Shown one piece after another: positions 16,651 to 24,000 of a stretch of DNA of 24,000 bases. The translations under genes and the position numbers were made by a program. Location of the stretch: the NCBI GenBank assembly GCA_964549795.1, contig CAZJVZ010000003.1, positions 20,249 through 44,248 on the forward strand. The letters run 5' to 3'. The notes under the pieces were generated by a model. The model made no database searches. It worked only from the letters and a program-made list of their open reading frames with translations, and had not been told where the DNA came from. Within the stretch, counting starts at the first letter, position 1. Each line of letters opens with the position of its first letter. This DNA is from an uncultured Candidatus Bathyarchaeia archaeon. GTDB taxonomy: Archaea > Thermoproteota > Bathyarchaeia > 40CM-2-53-6.

Positions 16651-17628
16651 ATGAAAGCGCCTCCCGAGATGATCCTCCCGACCGCACAAGATGTGAAGCG
16701 AGCCGCGAAGATGATACAAGGCATTGCCTACAGAACCCCATTGCATAGGAGCGAGCATCTCAGCCGCCGATTCGACGCAAACGTGTTTCTGAAATTGGAA
16801 TGCTACCAGCCGATTCGAGTCTTCAAGATACGCGGTGCCACAAACAAGATGCTGCACCTTGACGACATTCAGAGTCACGGCGTCGTCGCAGTTTCCTCCG
16901 GCAACCATGGCCTCGCTGTGGCATACATTGCCAGGCTTCTCGGAACGAATGCAACGATTGTTGTGCCCACGTCTGCCGTAGCTGAGAAAGTGGCTGCTAT
17001 AAAGGAACAAGGTGCGACCGTGATAGAACATGGACGAAGCCATGCCGAAAGACACGCTCGAGGTCTGCAGATACAGAAGGAACAGGGAGCGTTTCTTGTT
17101 CACCCGTTTGATGACCCAGATATCATAGCAGGTCAGGGAACAATAGGCTTGGAAATCCTAGAAGACCTGCCAGATGTTGACACGGTTCTTGTTCCAGTTG
17201 GCGGGGGCGGACTCATCGCAGGAATCTCGCTCGCCGTGAAGGCAGAGAAGCCAGACATCAAGGTGTACGGTGTCCAATCCGAAAGAGCCCCGTCGATGTA
17301 TGAATCAATCAAAGCTGGGAAGCCAATCAGGTTGGACGACTCCACCACTATCGCGGATGGCCTTGCTCCTGGAGAACCAGGGCAACTTACATTCCGCATC
17401 ACAAGGGAACAGGTAGACAGAATCCTATTGACATCAGAGGACGACATTCGATCGGCAACTAGAATGGCCCTTGAGTCACTCCACGTGCTCGTGGAACCAT
17501 CAGCCGCCGCAGTCGTAGCTGCGCTTCGTCACAGCTACCGTCCGAGAAAAGGAGAGAATCTCGTGCTGGTCATCAGCGGCGGGAACATCTCACTTAGACT
17601 GCTTCGAGACCTACTCAACAGCAACTAG
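16651..17628 (+). CDS. PLP-dependent threonine/serine dehydratase (TdcB/IlvA catalytic-domain type, no ACT domain)
   Basis: PLP-lysine motif LKLECYQPIRVFKIRGATNK, the SSGNHG motif and the glycine loop VPVGGGGLIAGI. Length is about 325 aa. Confidence 0.85.
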   Translation: MKAPPEMILPTAQDVKRAAKMIQGIAYRTPLHRSEHLSRRFDANVFLKLECYQPIRVFKIRGATNKMLHLDDIQSHGVVAVSSGNHGLAVAYIARLLGTNATIVVPTSAVAEKVAAIKEQGATVIEHGRSHAERHARGLQIQKEQGAFLVHPFDDPDIIAGQGTIGLEILEDLPDVDTVLVPVGGGGLIAGISLAVKAEKPDIKVYGVQSERAPSMYESIKAGKPIRLDDSTTIADGLAPGEPGQLTFRITREQVDRILLTSEDDIRSATRMALESLHVLVEPSAAAVVAALRHSYRPRKGENLVLVISGGNISLRLLRDLLNSN

Positions 17629-17709
17629 ACCGAGCGGTCGCCCAACAGAAAACGCTATCATACGACAGGTCAGCATCTAGCCTCTCCTGACAACCAGGAG
17701 AGACATGAG

Positions 17710-18120
17710 ATGGTCTTCACAGTTGACATTCCTGTTAGGTGGGTGGACACAGACGCGCTTCGAGTCGTCCACTACTCAAACTACTTCAGATACGTTGAGG
17801 CAGCAGAGGAGGAACTCTATCTTTCTCTCGGTTTCACTTTCAAGGAACTGAATGAGAGACACAAGATAGCCATTCCGAGAGTGGAGGCCTTCTGCAGCTT
17901 CAAGGCTCCGGCAAGATTCGGGGACATTGTGACTGTAACGCTACGGGTGGACGATAGGACAGAAAAGACGATGAAGTACAGCTTCAAGATCCATAGGAAG
18001 TCTGATAGCGAATCGCTCTGTACGGGCTATCTGAAGATCATCGGGCTCGACCTCGTTGACTGGAAAGCAACAGCGCTCCCTCCCGACATCATGGATAGGG
18101 TGGAGAAGGCGCTCGAATAG
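17710..18120 (+). CDS. acyl-CoA thioesterase, hotdog fold (YbgC/4HBT family)
   Basis: VRWVDTDALRVVHYSNYFRYVEAAEEELYLSLGF is the 4HBT-type catalytic Asp region. The 136-aa size is typical. GGAGAG lies upstream of the ATG. Confidence 0.8.
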   Translation: MVFTVDIPVRWVDTDALRVVHYSNYFRYVEAAEEELYLSLGFTFKELNERHKIAIPRVEAFCSFKAPARFGDIVTVTLRVDDRTEKTMKYSFKIHRKSDSESLCTGYLKIIGLDLVDWKATALPPDIMDRVEKALE

Positions 18121-18171
18121 GAATCCCCGCAAAGAAAGGACGAAGCTGTCGGAGATAGCAGGGTTGCTGAG

Positions 18172-19764
18172 CTAGGCTGCCTTCGCCGCCTCTGGTCTCG
18201 CGGTTCTTCTGTAGAAGTCATCGCTGAGCTTACGGCCTGTTCTCTTCTCCCACTCCGGGATCGGTGTCCCATACTGTTTCTGGATCTTGTCCTTGTACCA
18301 CTCTGGTATCACGTTGAAGGCGCAGAACGGGACTATCCGCTCGTCTGGGGTCGCATAGTGGATCGCGCAGCGTTTGACTCGCTCGATGTCGTAGTTGTAG
18401 AGATCTTGGAAGTGCATCAAACCGATGAAGAGGCTGTTGTGATGAAGTACACCCAGCGTTTTGTAGTCGTGTTTGAGGAGCGATTCGAAAAGAATCCTCG
18501 ACAGGTTGAGCCCCTTAGGCGCCTTGCTCTTGTCGATGAACTTCGTGAAGAGATTATAGAGCAAACCAATGCCGACCGCGTACTTGTTGGAACCGCTTCT
18601 CAGATCGCTCGCTTTCTCATCCAGGTACTCGAAGAGACCATCCACGTCCAGGAAGCGAGGCATCGGAATGATCTTCTCGCCGTCCAAGAACAGGTATGTT
18701 GCCATTCCGCAAGCGAAGTGTGTCGAAAGCTCGTACTCTCGCTCTCTTGTCAGAGCCTCAACAAAGTTGCTGAAGGGCATACACGACGGGATCGGATAGA
18801 AGTCATCTCGCGATATCTCCCCCGGGAACCTCTGTTCTATCCTATCTATGACATCCGGAATCGTGATTCTGAGGCGTTCTCTCTCGCGCTCCGGGACCCT
18901 TCCGACAATCGAGATTGGTTGAAAGTTGACACCCCTGATCGGGTCGAGGTTCTTCAGCGCAAACCGGATGATGTTTCCGACGTCAGAATCATTGACGCCC
19001 TTGATGACTGTTGGAACTAGGACTACGCCTACCCTGGCTCGGCTGCAGTTTGCGAGGGCTCCAGGTATCTCTCGGTGGTTCTTCGGATTCTTCTCGAGTG
19101 TCGTGCCGTCGTAGCTCATGTAGATCGTGTTGACGCCTGCCTTCCTCACTCTCTCTGCGAGCGTGGGATCGTTGGAGAGTCTAATACCGTCTGTATTGAG
19201 CTGGACATGGTCGATTCCTTCCTCCCTGCAGATCTGTACTATGTCCAGAAGATCCTCGCGAAGAGTCGGTTCCCCACCTGTCAACTGAACAGCATTGCAG
19301 GGTACCGGTTTCTCATTCGTCAACGAGCGAGCCATTGACCGTATCTGGTCTAGAGTGGGTTCGTACACGTATCCGGCTTTCTCAGCGAAGAAGAAGCAGT
19401 ACCAGCAATTGAGGTCGCACCTGTTTGTCAGAACAATGTTCCCAAGCGCCGTGTGGCTCGTGTGCAGATTACAGAGACCGCAATCGGCTGGGCATGTGGG
19501 CGTCTGCTTGGTAACAAATGGGTTGCTGACTCCCTTTCCATCCCGTGCGTATTTCTGCGCTCGCCTGTAGAGATCGCTGGAACCCCAGTACAGTTCGTTG
19601 AATTCTCCGTGATTCTTGCAGCTCTTGCGGATCCAGACTTTTCCTCCCTGTTCGTATATCTCTGCATCCAATACTGCGAGGCATTCAGGGCAGAGACTCT
19701 GTGTACGGCTCAGCGTGGTCGCAGGCTGAACGTGATAAGATGGCTCAGTGGCAGCTTCGACCAA
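18172..19764 (-). CDS. radical SAM protein of the MJ0619/COG1964 type, candidate tetraether lipid synthase (Tes / GDGT-MAS family)
   Basis: N-terminal CPEC...CKNHG rubredoxin-like knuckle and radical SAM motif NRCDLNCWYCFF. Also VQLTGGEPTLREDLLDIV, HVQLNTDGIRL and about 250 aa of C-terminal domain. TTG start preceded by GGAGGG. The functional assignment is by family resemblance only. Confidence 0.6.
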   Translation of the reverse strand: MVEAATEPSYHVQPATTLSRTQSLCPECLAVLDAEIYEQGGKVWIRKSCKNHGEFNELYWGSSDLYRRAQKYARDGKGVSNPFVTKQTPTCPADCGLCNLHTSHTALGNIVLTNRCDLNCWYCFFFAEKAGYVYEPTLDQIRSMARSLTNEKPVPCNAVQLTGGEPTLREDLLDIVQICREEGIDHVQLNTDGIRLSNDPTLAERVRKAGVNTIYMSYDGTTLEKNPKNHREIPGALANCSRARVGVVLVPTVIKGVNDSDVGNIIRFALKNLDPIRGVNFQPISIVGRVPERERERLRITIPDVIDRIEQRFPGEISRDDFYPIPSCMPFSNFVEALTREREYELSTHFACGMATYLFLDGEKIIPMPRFLDVDGLFEYLDEKASDLRSGSNKYAVGIGLLYNLFTKFIDKSKAPKGLNLSRILFESLLKHDYKTLGVLHHNSLFIGLMHFQDLYNYDIERVKRCAIHYATPDERIVPFCAFNVIPEWYKDKIQKQYGTPIPEWEKRTGRKLSDDFYRRTARPEAAKAA

Positions 19765-19800
19765 GTTCGGGCTCTCCCTCCGAGCAGGTTGCTCTTGTAC

Positions 19801-19806
19801 TATTTA
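19801..19806 (-). promoter_or_regulatory. putative TATA box for the Tes-like gene
   Basis: The minus strand reads TAAATA about 37 nt upstream of the TTG start. Confidence 0.3.
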
Positions 19807-19845
19807 CCCGTTCTGGATTACACCCGGATCTGCCAACGAGGCACG

Positions 19846-19853
19846 TTTTTATC
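19846..19853 (+). promoter_or_regulatory. putative TATA box for the PIN-ATPase gene
   Basis: TTTTTATC lies 30-37 nt upstream of the ATG at 19883, implying a near-leaderless mRNA. Confidence 0.4.
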
Positions 19854-19882
19854 ACAAGGAGACTGCTGCTACGCCGATCAAG

Positions 19883-21688
19883 ATGCCAACACCGGAGCGC
19901 CTCGTCCCCGATACTTCAGCACTAATTGCTGGGCGAATATCGGAGATTCTGGGCAGGGAAGAGATCGCTGAAGTAATCATACCATATGCCGTGCTAGACG
20001 AACTGCAGGCACAGGCGTCGAAGGGCAGGGATGTGGGCCACACTGGTCTAGCCGAGCTGAAGAAACTGCGGGCTCTCTGCGAGAGCAAGAACACGAAGCT
20101 CACCTATGTTGGGTCTAGGCCGGATCTTGAGCAGATCAAACTGGCAAGGAGCGGCAGACTAGATGCAATAATCACGGACGTTGCCCGAAAGGAGAATGCA
20201 ACCTTGGTCACCAATGACTACGTTCAAGCACTCGTCGCAGAAGTACAGGGCATCAAGGTGCTCTACGCAGCACGCCAAGTGAAGACTGAGGGCTTGATCT
20301 TTGAGAACCTCTTCACACCGGAGACAGCGAGCATCCACGTCAAGGAAGGAACCCTGCCTCTCGCGAAACGAGGCAAGCCAGGGAATTTCGAACTCGTCAG
20401 GATATCGGATCGAATCACAACAAGCGAAGACCTTGAGCAGATGATCAAACAGATCAATGACGCGGCACATGTGAGCGACGAGGGATTCGTTGAGATCAGC
20501 CGCGTCGGTGCCTCAGTAATACAGCTCGGAAGATACCGTATCGCAATCACTAGACCGCCGTTCTCAGATGGCTTGGAAGTTACGATTGTGAGACCAGTCG
20601 TCTCGCTTCGCTTGGAGGATTACAAGCTTTCCGAGCGACTGATGGAGAGGCTGAAGTCGAAAGCCGAAGGGATCCTCATTGCAGGACCGCCGGGATCAGG
20701 CAAGACGACCTTCGCATCGTCACTTGCCGAATTCTACCTGAAGCAGAATCAGATCGTGAAAACCCTTGAGTCACCGCGCGACCTCCAAGTAAGCCCCGAG
20801 ATCACCCAGTATGGCCCGCTGGAAGGGGATTTTGAGAATACCGCCGAGATCCTGTTGCTGGTGAGACCCGACTATACGGTCTTCGATGAAGTAAGGAAGA
20901 CCAAGGACTTCCAGGTCTTTGCCGACATGCGCTTGGCTGGAGTGGGCATGATTGGGGTCGTACACGCGACCGACGCAATAGATGCGGCACAGAGATTCAT
21001 AGGACGCGTCGAGCTAGGCATGATCCCTCACATCATCGACACAATCATCTATGTCCGGTATGGAGAAGTCGTCAACGTATTCTGTCTCAACCTAATCGTG
21101 CGGGTCCCAAGTGGCATGACAGAGGCTGACCTTGCACGCCCAATTGTGGAGGTCAAGGACTTCGAGACCGGGAAACTAGAATATGAAATGTACACGTTCG
21201 GCGAGGAGAATGTCATAGTGCCTGTTACTGAGACGGCGCCCCAGGTGTCCGGAGCTCGCAAACTCGCCGCTGAAAGAGTCCTGCAGGAGATACGCCGCTT
21301 CGACCCAGATGCCGAGGTGACCTTTGTCTCAGACAACAAAGCCATCCTGAGGGTGGACAGCGAGGCAATACCCCTTCTGATAGGCAAGAAAGGAGCCACG
21401 ATCACCAAGCTCGAGAAGTCGCTAGGCATCCGCATTGATGTGGAGCCTGCGACACCGACAGGAGGAGCCGAAGTCCGGTTCAAGACAATAGAGGTAGGAA
21501 ATAGAATTGAGCTCGAGTTCGACAAGAGGCACGTCGGCGAAGTCGCGAATGTATATGTTGACAACGAATTCGTCTTTTCAGCCACGATCGGAAAGAAGAG
21601 CCAGATCCGCGTCTCAAAGGATTCCGATCTTGGAAAGACCCTGCTTCGCGCCATGGTTGGCAAGAAGACAATGAAGATCCTCGTCTAG
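19883..21688 (+). CDS. PIN domain + PilT-like ATPase + KH domain protein (COG1855, PINA-type)
   Basis: N-terminal PIN (LVPDTSALIAGRI...IITDVARKENATLVTNDYVQ), Walker A GPPGSGKTT, Walker B-like TVFDEVR and C-terminal KH (LIGKKGATITKLEKSLGIRIDV). The ATG at 19883 avoids the ORF-track extension that would overlap the divergent gene. Its TAG stop shares CTAG with the convergent gene stop. Confidence 0.8.
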   Translation: MPTPERLVPDTSALIAGRISEILGREEIAEVIIPYAVLDELQAQASKGRDVGHTGLAELKKLRALCESKNTKLTYVGSRPDLEQIKLARSGRLDAIITDVARKENATLVTNDYVQALVAEVQGIKVLYAARQVKTEGLIFENLFTPETASIHVKEGTLPLAKRGKPGNFELVRISDRITTSEDLEQMIKQINDAAHVSDEGFVEISRVGASVIQLGRYRIAITRPPFSDGLEVTIVRPVVSLRLEDYKLSERLMERLKSKAEGILIAGPPGSGKTTFASSLAEFYLKQNQIVKTLESPRDLQVSPEITQYGPLEGDFENTAEILLLVRPDYTVFDEVRKTKDFQVFADMRLAGVGMIGVVHATDAIDAAQRFIGRVELGMIPHIIDTIIYVRYGEVVNVFCLNLIVRVPSGMTEADLARPIVEVKDFETGKLEYEMYTFGEENVIVPVTETAPQVSGARKLAAERVLQEIRRFDPDAEVTFVSDNKAILRVDSEAIPLLIGKKGATITKLEKSLGIRIDVEPATPTGGAEVRFKTIEVGNRIELEFDKRHVGEVANVYVDNEFVFSATIGKKSQIRVSKDSDLGKTLLRAMVGKKTMKILV

Positions 21689-22956
21689 GCCGACAGCAAG
21701 GACGTGTCCAGCCTAAGCTTCACCGGCCTCCTTGCCAACTTCTCTGCCATCAGTCCAGTCTCCTTTCCAACCTGAACCAGGGAGCTCCTCAGAGTCTCCG
21801 CCTTGTCTGACAGCAACTTGGACTGATGCTTAAGGTCTGCATGTCTTGACTGAAGACTCTTGAGATCCTCCTTCTTCTGCTTGTATGCGTGGACCAGTTC
21901 GAGGCATGCGGGGTCATGCAGGTATTCCCTTCTCTTGGCCACGAGGGCTGTGGCTTGGCCATGTATCCTCTCCAGTATGTTTCCTTCTGCGACGTTGTCT
22001 ACTCTCTCAAGGACCTTCCGTTCTTCACGCTGTTTCAGGACAAGCTTCTTTCGTTTCACAGCCTCCCGCATCGTCCTCATGACCGATTTGAGATACGGGT
22101 ATCCTTCTCCCTCTCGGATGAATGTCGTGAATGGCCGCTTCAGGTACTCCGACAGTTTCTCCCTGATTTCGGGGGAGACTGGATACTCGCCCCTGTTGGA
22201 CATCGCCTCCAGTTTCCTGAGAGGTCTTCCTAGCCGCCTGAAGCCCGACGTGAGGAGTTCCGTGCGGAGGCTCTTCAGTTCCGCATCGATTCTCCTCAGC
22301 TCCGCGATTCTCTGATCGCCTGCAACGTACTCGATCTCGCGTTCTGCTTCTGAGATTAGCGGGTCAAGCTTCTCGAGTTCGATTGTAATGCGATCGCGTT
22401 CTTGGAGTTGCTTCTGTAGTGATGTCTCAAGTTCTTCGATCTTCTCAACCTTGTTCTGGATTTCTTCGAAACTCTTGAGCAAGCTTCCCTCCTTGCCGAA
22501 AATCTCCCATGCCTGCTCTCCAAGCCGGCGAAGCTTGTCGATTGAGGCGTTCAGACTCATCGTGTCAAGGATGTAATAGGGGCGTATGTATCCGATCCAC
22601 CTGTCACGTACTCCGGCAACATCATTTGCGAGTTTGGCCGTGGCATCACTGAACTGCCGCAGTCCCTCGTGACTTTGAGGTTCTGCTAGGGCAGGAGATG
22701 ATGTGAGATTCTGCAGTTCCAGGCACATTCGGTTTACTGCCTTCGCGGCCCTGTAGACTGCTCTGTTGTCTCTCTTTTCAGTGGAGTCCTTCTCGGACTT
22801 GGCCAGCAGATCCTCTACGATTTCGTTGAGTGAGACCAGCTGGGCCTCAATGTCGGTCTTGGACTTCTGGATGGCTTTCTCAGCTGTCGTGACTTGGGTT
22901 TTCAGAGCCTGCTTGAGCCAGGGCTCCAGCGCCTCCGGCCTCATGACATCTTCCAT
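21685..22956 (-). CDS. hypothetical cytoplasmic coiled-coil protein (423 aa)
   Basis: Long open frame, highly charged and helical (many heptad-like E/K/L/R stretches), with no TM segment and no recognisable catalytic motif. It lies 75 nt downstream of, and co-oriented with, the membrane protein gene. Confidence 0.6.
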   Translation of the reverse strand: MEDVMRPEALEPWLKQALKTQVTTAEKAIQKSKTDIEAQLVSLNEIVEDLLAKSEKDSTEKRDNRAVYRAAKAVNRMCLELQNLTSSPALAEPQSHEGLRQFSDATAKLANDVAGVRDRWIGYIRPYYILDTMSLNASIDKLRRLGEQAWEIFGKEGSLLKSFEEIQNKVEKIEELETSLQKQLQERDRITIELEKLDPLISEAEREIEYVAGDQRIAELRRIDAELKSLRTELLTSGFRRLGRPLRKLEAMSNRGEYPVSPEIREKLSEYLKRPFTTFIREGEGYPYLKSVMRTMREAVKRKKLVLKQREERKVLERVDNVAEGNILERIHGQATALVAKRREYLHDPACLELVHAYKQKKEDLKSLQSRHADLKHQSKLLSDKAETLRSSLVQVGKETGLMAEKLARRPVKLRLDTSLLSA

Positions 22957-23031
22957 GGCTCACACCATGGCATTCTCCGCTGGCAAAACGATTGCGGTGG
23001 ATCTTATGCTGGGCAGGCGCGGTCAGTGTCC

Positions 23032-24000
23032 TCAGCGGGCTTCTTCTCGAAGCGTGACCAGACTCGTGTCTATGACTTCCCTTGCCTTCTCGATGCGTCT
23101 CTCGATGTCTTCGATGGCTCTATCGTATGCCTCTTTGGAGATCTTCCCAGAACGATACTGCGTCCTGAAGTGCTCCTCACCCAAGCGATTTGCATCGATC
23201 TCGCCTTCGGCCTTCTCCATTTTGAGGAATATCTCGTTGTATCTCGGATGGAATGCTTTGAGATCTTGTCTGAGCGGTTGAAGGGCCCTATCGAGTTCAT
23301 CCATTCGCAGCTCTATGGTCCTACGTCTGCGCCTGTACTCGTGTTTGTTGAGGGCACCACGAGTCAGATCCTGAGCCATTCTATCAAGCTCAAGTCTGAG
23401 GGCATTCCTCCCGTCGTAGAGCTCGACGAACTCCTTCAGCTGCTCCGATGGGACAGGAATTCCCGATGGTGCCGGTCTCCGCGTTCTGGCAACGACAATC
23501 GCGATCACTGCCACGAGTTCAATCAAGGCGGTCCAGACTAGCAGCATTGATCCTGACCAGAACGGCGCGTAGCTGTATTGGATGTTCAGCTCCAGATCGG
23601 CGTATGGGGTAGCGTCCGTGGTCTCGTATCGGAGTGTGCGGTCGTATAGTGAACTCGATGTTGCGAGTGGGATCGGGGACGTGCTCTTGATATTGAATCC
23701 GTTTGGAACAATGACGGTGGCCTCAAGCTTGTCAACCACCCAATACTTCACTTCCGGGAGAAGTGCAGAAGTGTACGTGTCGGTGCCCCACAATTCGCCT
23801 TGCTTCACGTACGTTCGTGGATCCACTTGGTACTTGAGTGTGAATGTGAATGTCCTGTTCGTGCTGATGCCGTCTGAGTATCTGGGGCTGAGCGAAACAC
23901 TGGGGCCTTGGCGCGGGAGGTCCCACAGAGGACCGAAAAGGTCGTAGGCCATTACGTCAGTGGAGTTCTGGGGAATTGTGAGCGAGATCGTCGAGACGGA
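23032..24000 (-). CDS. single-pass membrane protein, beta-rich ectodomain + TM + about 150-aa helical cytosolic tail; possible ribophorin I/OST1-like (N-terminus outside window)
   Basis: The frame stays open upstream of the ORF-track ATG (23952) to the window edge (...SVSTISLTIPQNSTDV-MAYDLF...). The TM helix SMLLVWTALIELVAVIAIVVA is at 23485-23550. Collinear motifs resembling ribophorin I are PRY, VVDKLEATVIVPNGFNI, LRYETTD and IQYSY just before the TM. That the CDS is real: about 0.7. The ribophorin assignment: about 0.4. Confidence 0.55.
   Translation of the reverse strand, partial: SVSTISLTIPQNSTDVMAYDLFGPLWDLPRQGPSVSLSPRYSDGISTNRTFTFTLKYQVDPRTYVKQGELWGTDTYTSALLPEVKYWVVDKLEATVIVPNGFNIKSTSPIPLATSSSLYDRTLRYETTDATPYADLELNIQYSYAPFWSGSMLLVWTALIELVAVIAIVVARTRRPAPSGIPVPSEQLKEFVELYDGRNALRLELDRMAQDLTRGALNKHEYRRRRRTIELRMDELDRALQPLRQDLKAFHPRYNEIFLKMEKAEGEIDANRLGEEHFRTQYRSGKISKEAYDRAIEDIERRIEKAREVIDTSLVTLREEAR

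Noticed and set aside
19748-19882. ORF-track N-terminal extension of the PIN-ATPase (start 19748).
   Set aside because: It would overlap the divergent Tes-like gene start and both putative TATA boxes, and the extension is Cys/Trp-rich and non-homologous. The PIN domain begins right after the ATG at 19883.
1-24000. Scan for CRISPR repeats, IS/transposase or integrase genes, long direct or inverted repeats, and rRNA.
   Set aside because: I could see no regularly spaced repeats and no transposase or integrase-like translations. The by-eye repeat scan is not exhaustive, so a dot-plot or self-BLAST should confirm it.

Overview
The window looks archaeal: TATA-type promoters, an AglH/ALG7-type GlcNAc-1-P transferase, a DUF354 protein, a Tes-like radical SAM enzyme, a PINA-type ATPase and a BHB-intron tRNA. 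It is densely coding at roughly 54-55% GC. I call 25 CDS (two run off the window edges), one tRNA and one riboswitch. I saw no CRISPR array, rRNA, transposase or integrase. Gene order: acyl-CoA dehydrogenase (partial); TPP riboswitch with ThiT; AmmeMemoRadiSam radical SAM; bacterial-type grpE-dnaK-dnaJ; fused GMP synthase; DUF123; a translationally coupled UDP-GlcNAc / dolichyl-P GlcNAc-1-P transferase block; a divergent DUF354 and WecC-like dehydrogenase pair; Trm112; tRNA-Gln; PrsW protease; dodecin; threonine dehydratase; thioesterase; Tes-like radical SAM; PINA-type ATPase; and a two-gene unit of a single-pass membrane protein with a coiled-coil protein. The strongest finding is hidden in the 318-nt gap at 15094-15411. 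It is a tRNA-Gln(UUG) gene (15162-15323) that appears to be split by four short introns, at positions 10/11, 21/22, 37/38 and 59/60, each foldable into a bulge-helix-bulge motif. Splicing them out gives a textbook 76-nt archaeal tRNA-Gln. The second finding is that the partial membrane protein at the right edge shows collinear motif similarity to eukaryotic ribophorin I/OST1, including a long helical cytosolic tail. This rests on remembered sequence and needs an HMM or structure check. All homology calls are made by eye from the translations; no database searches were run.
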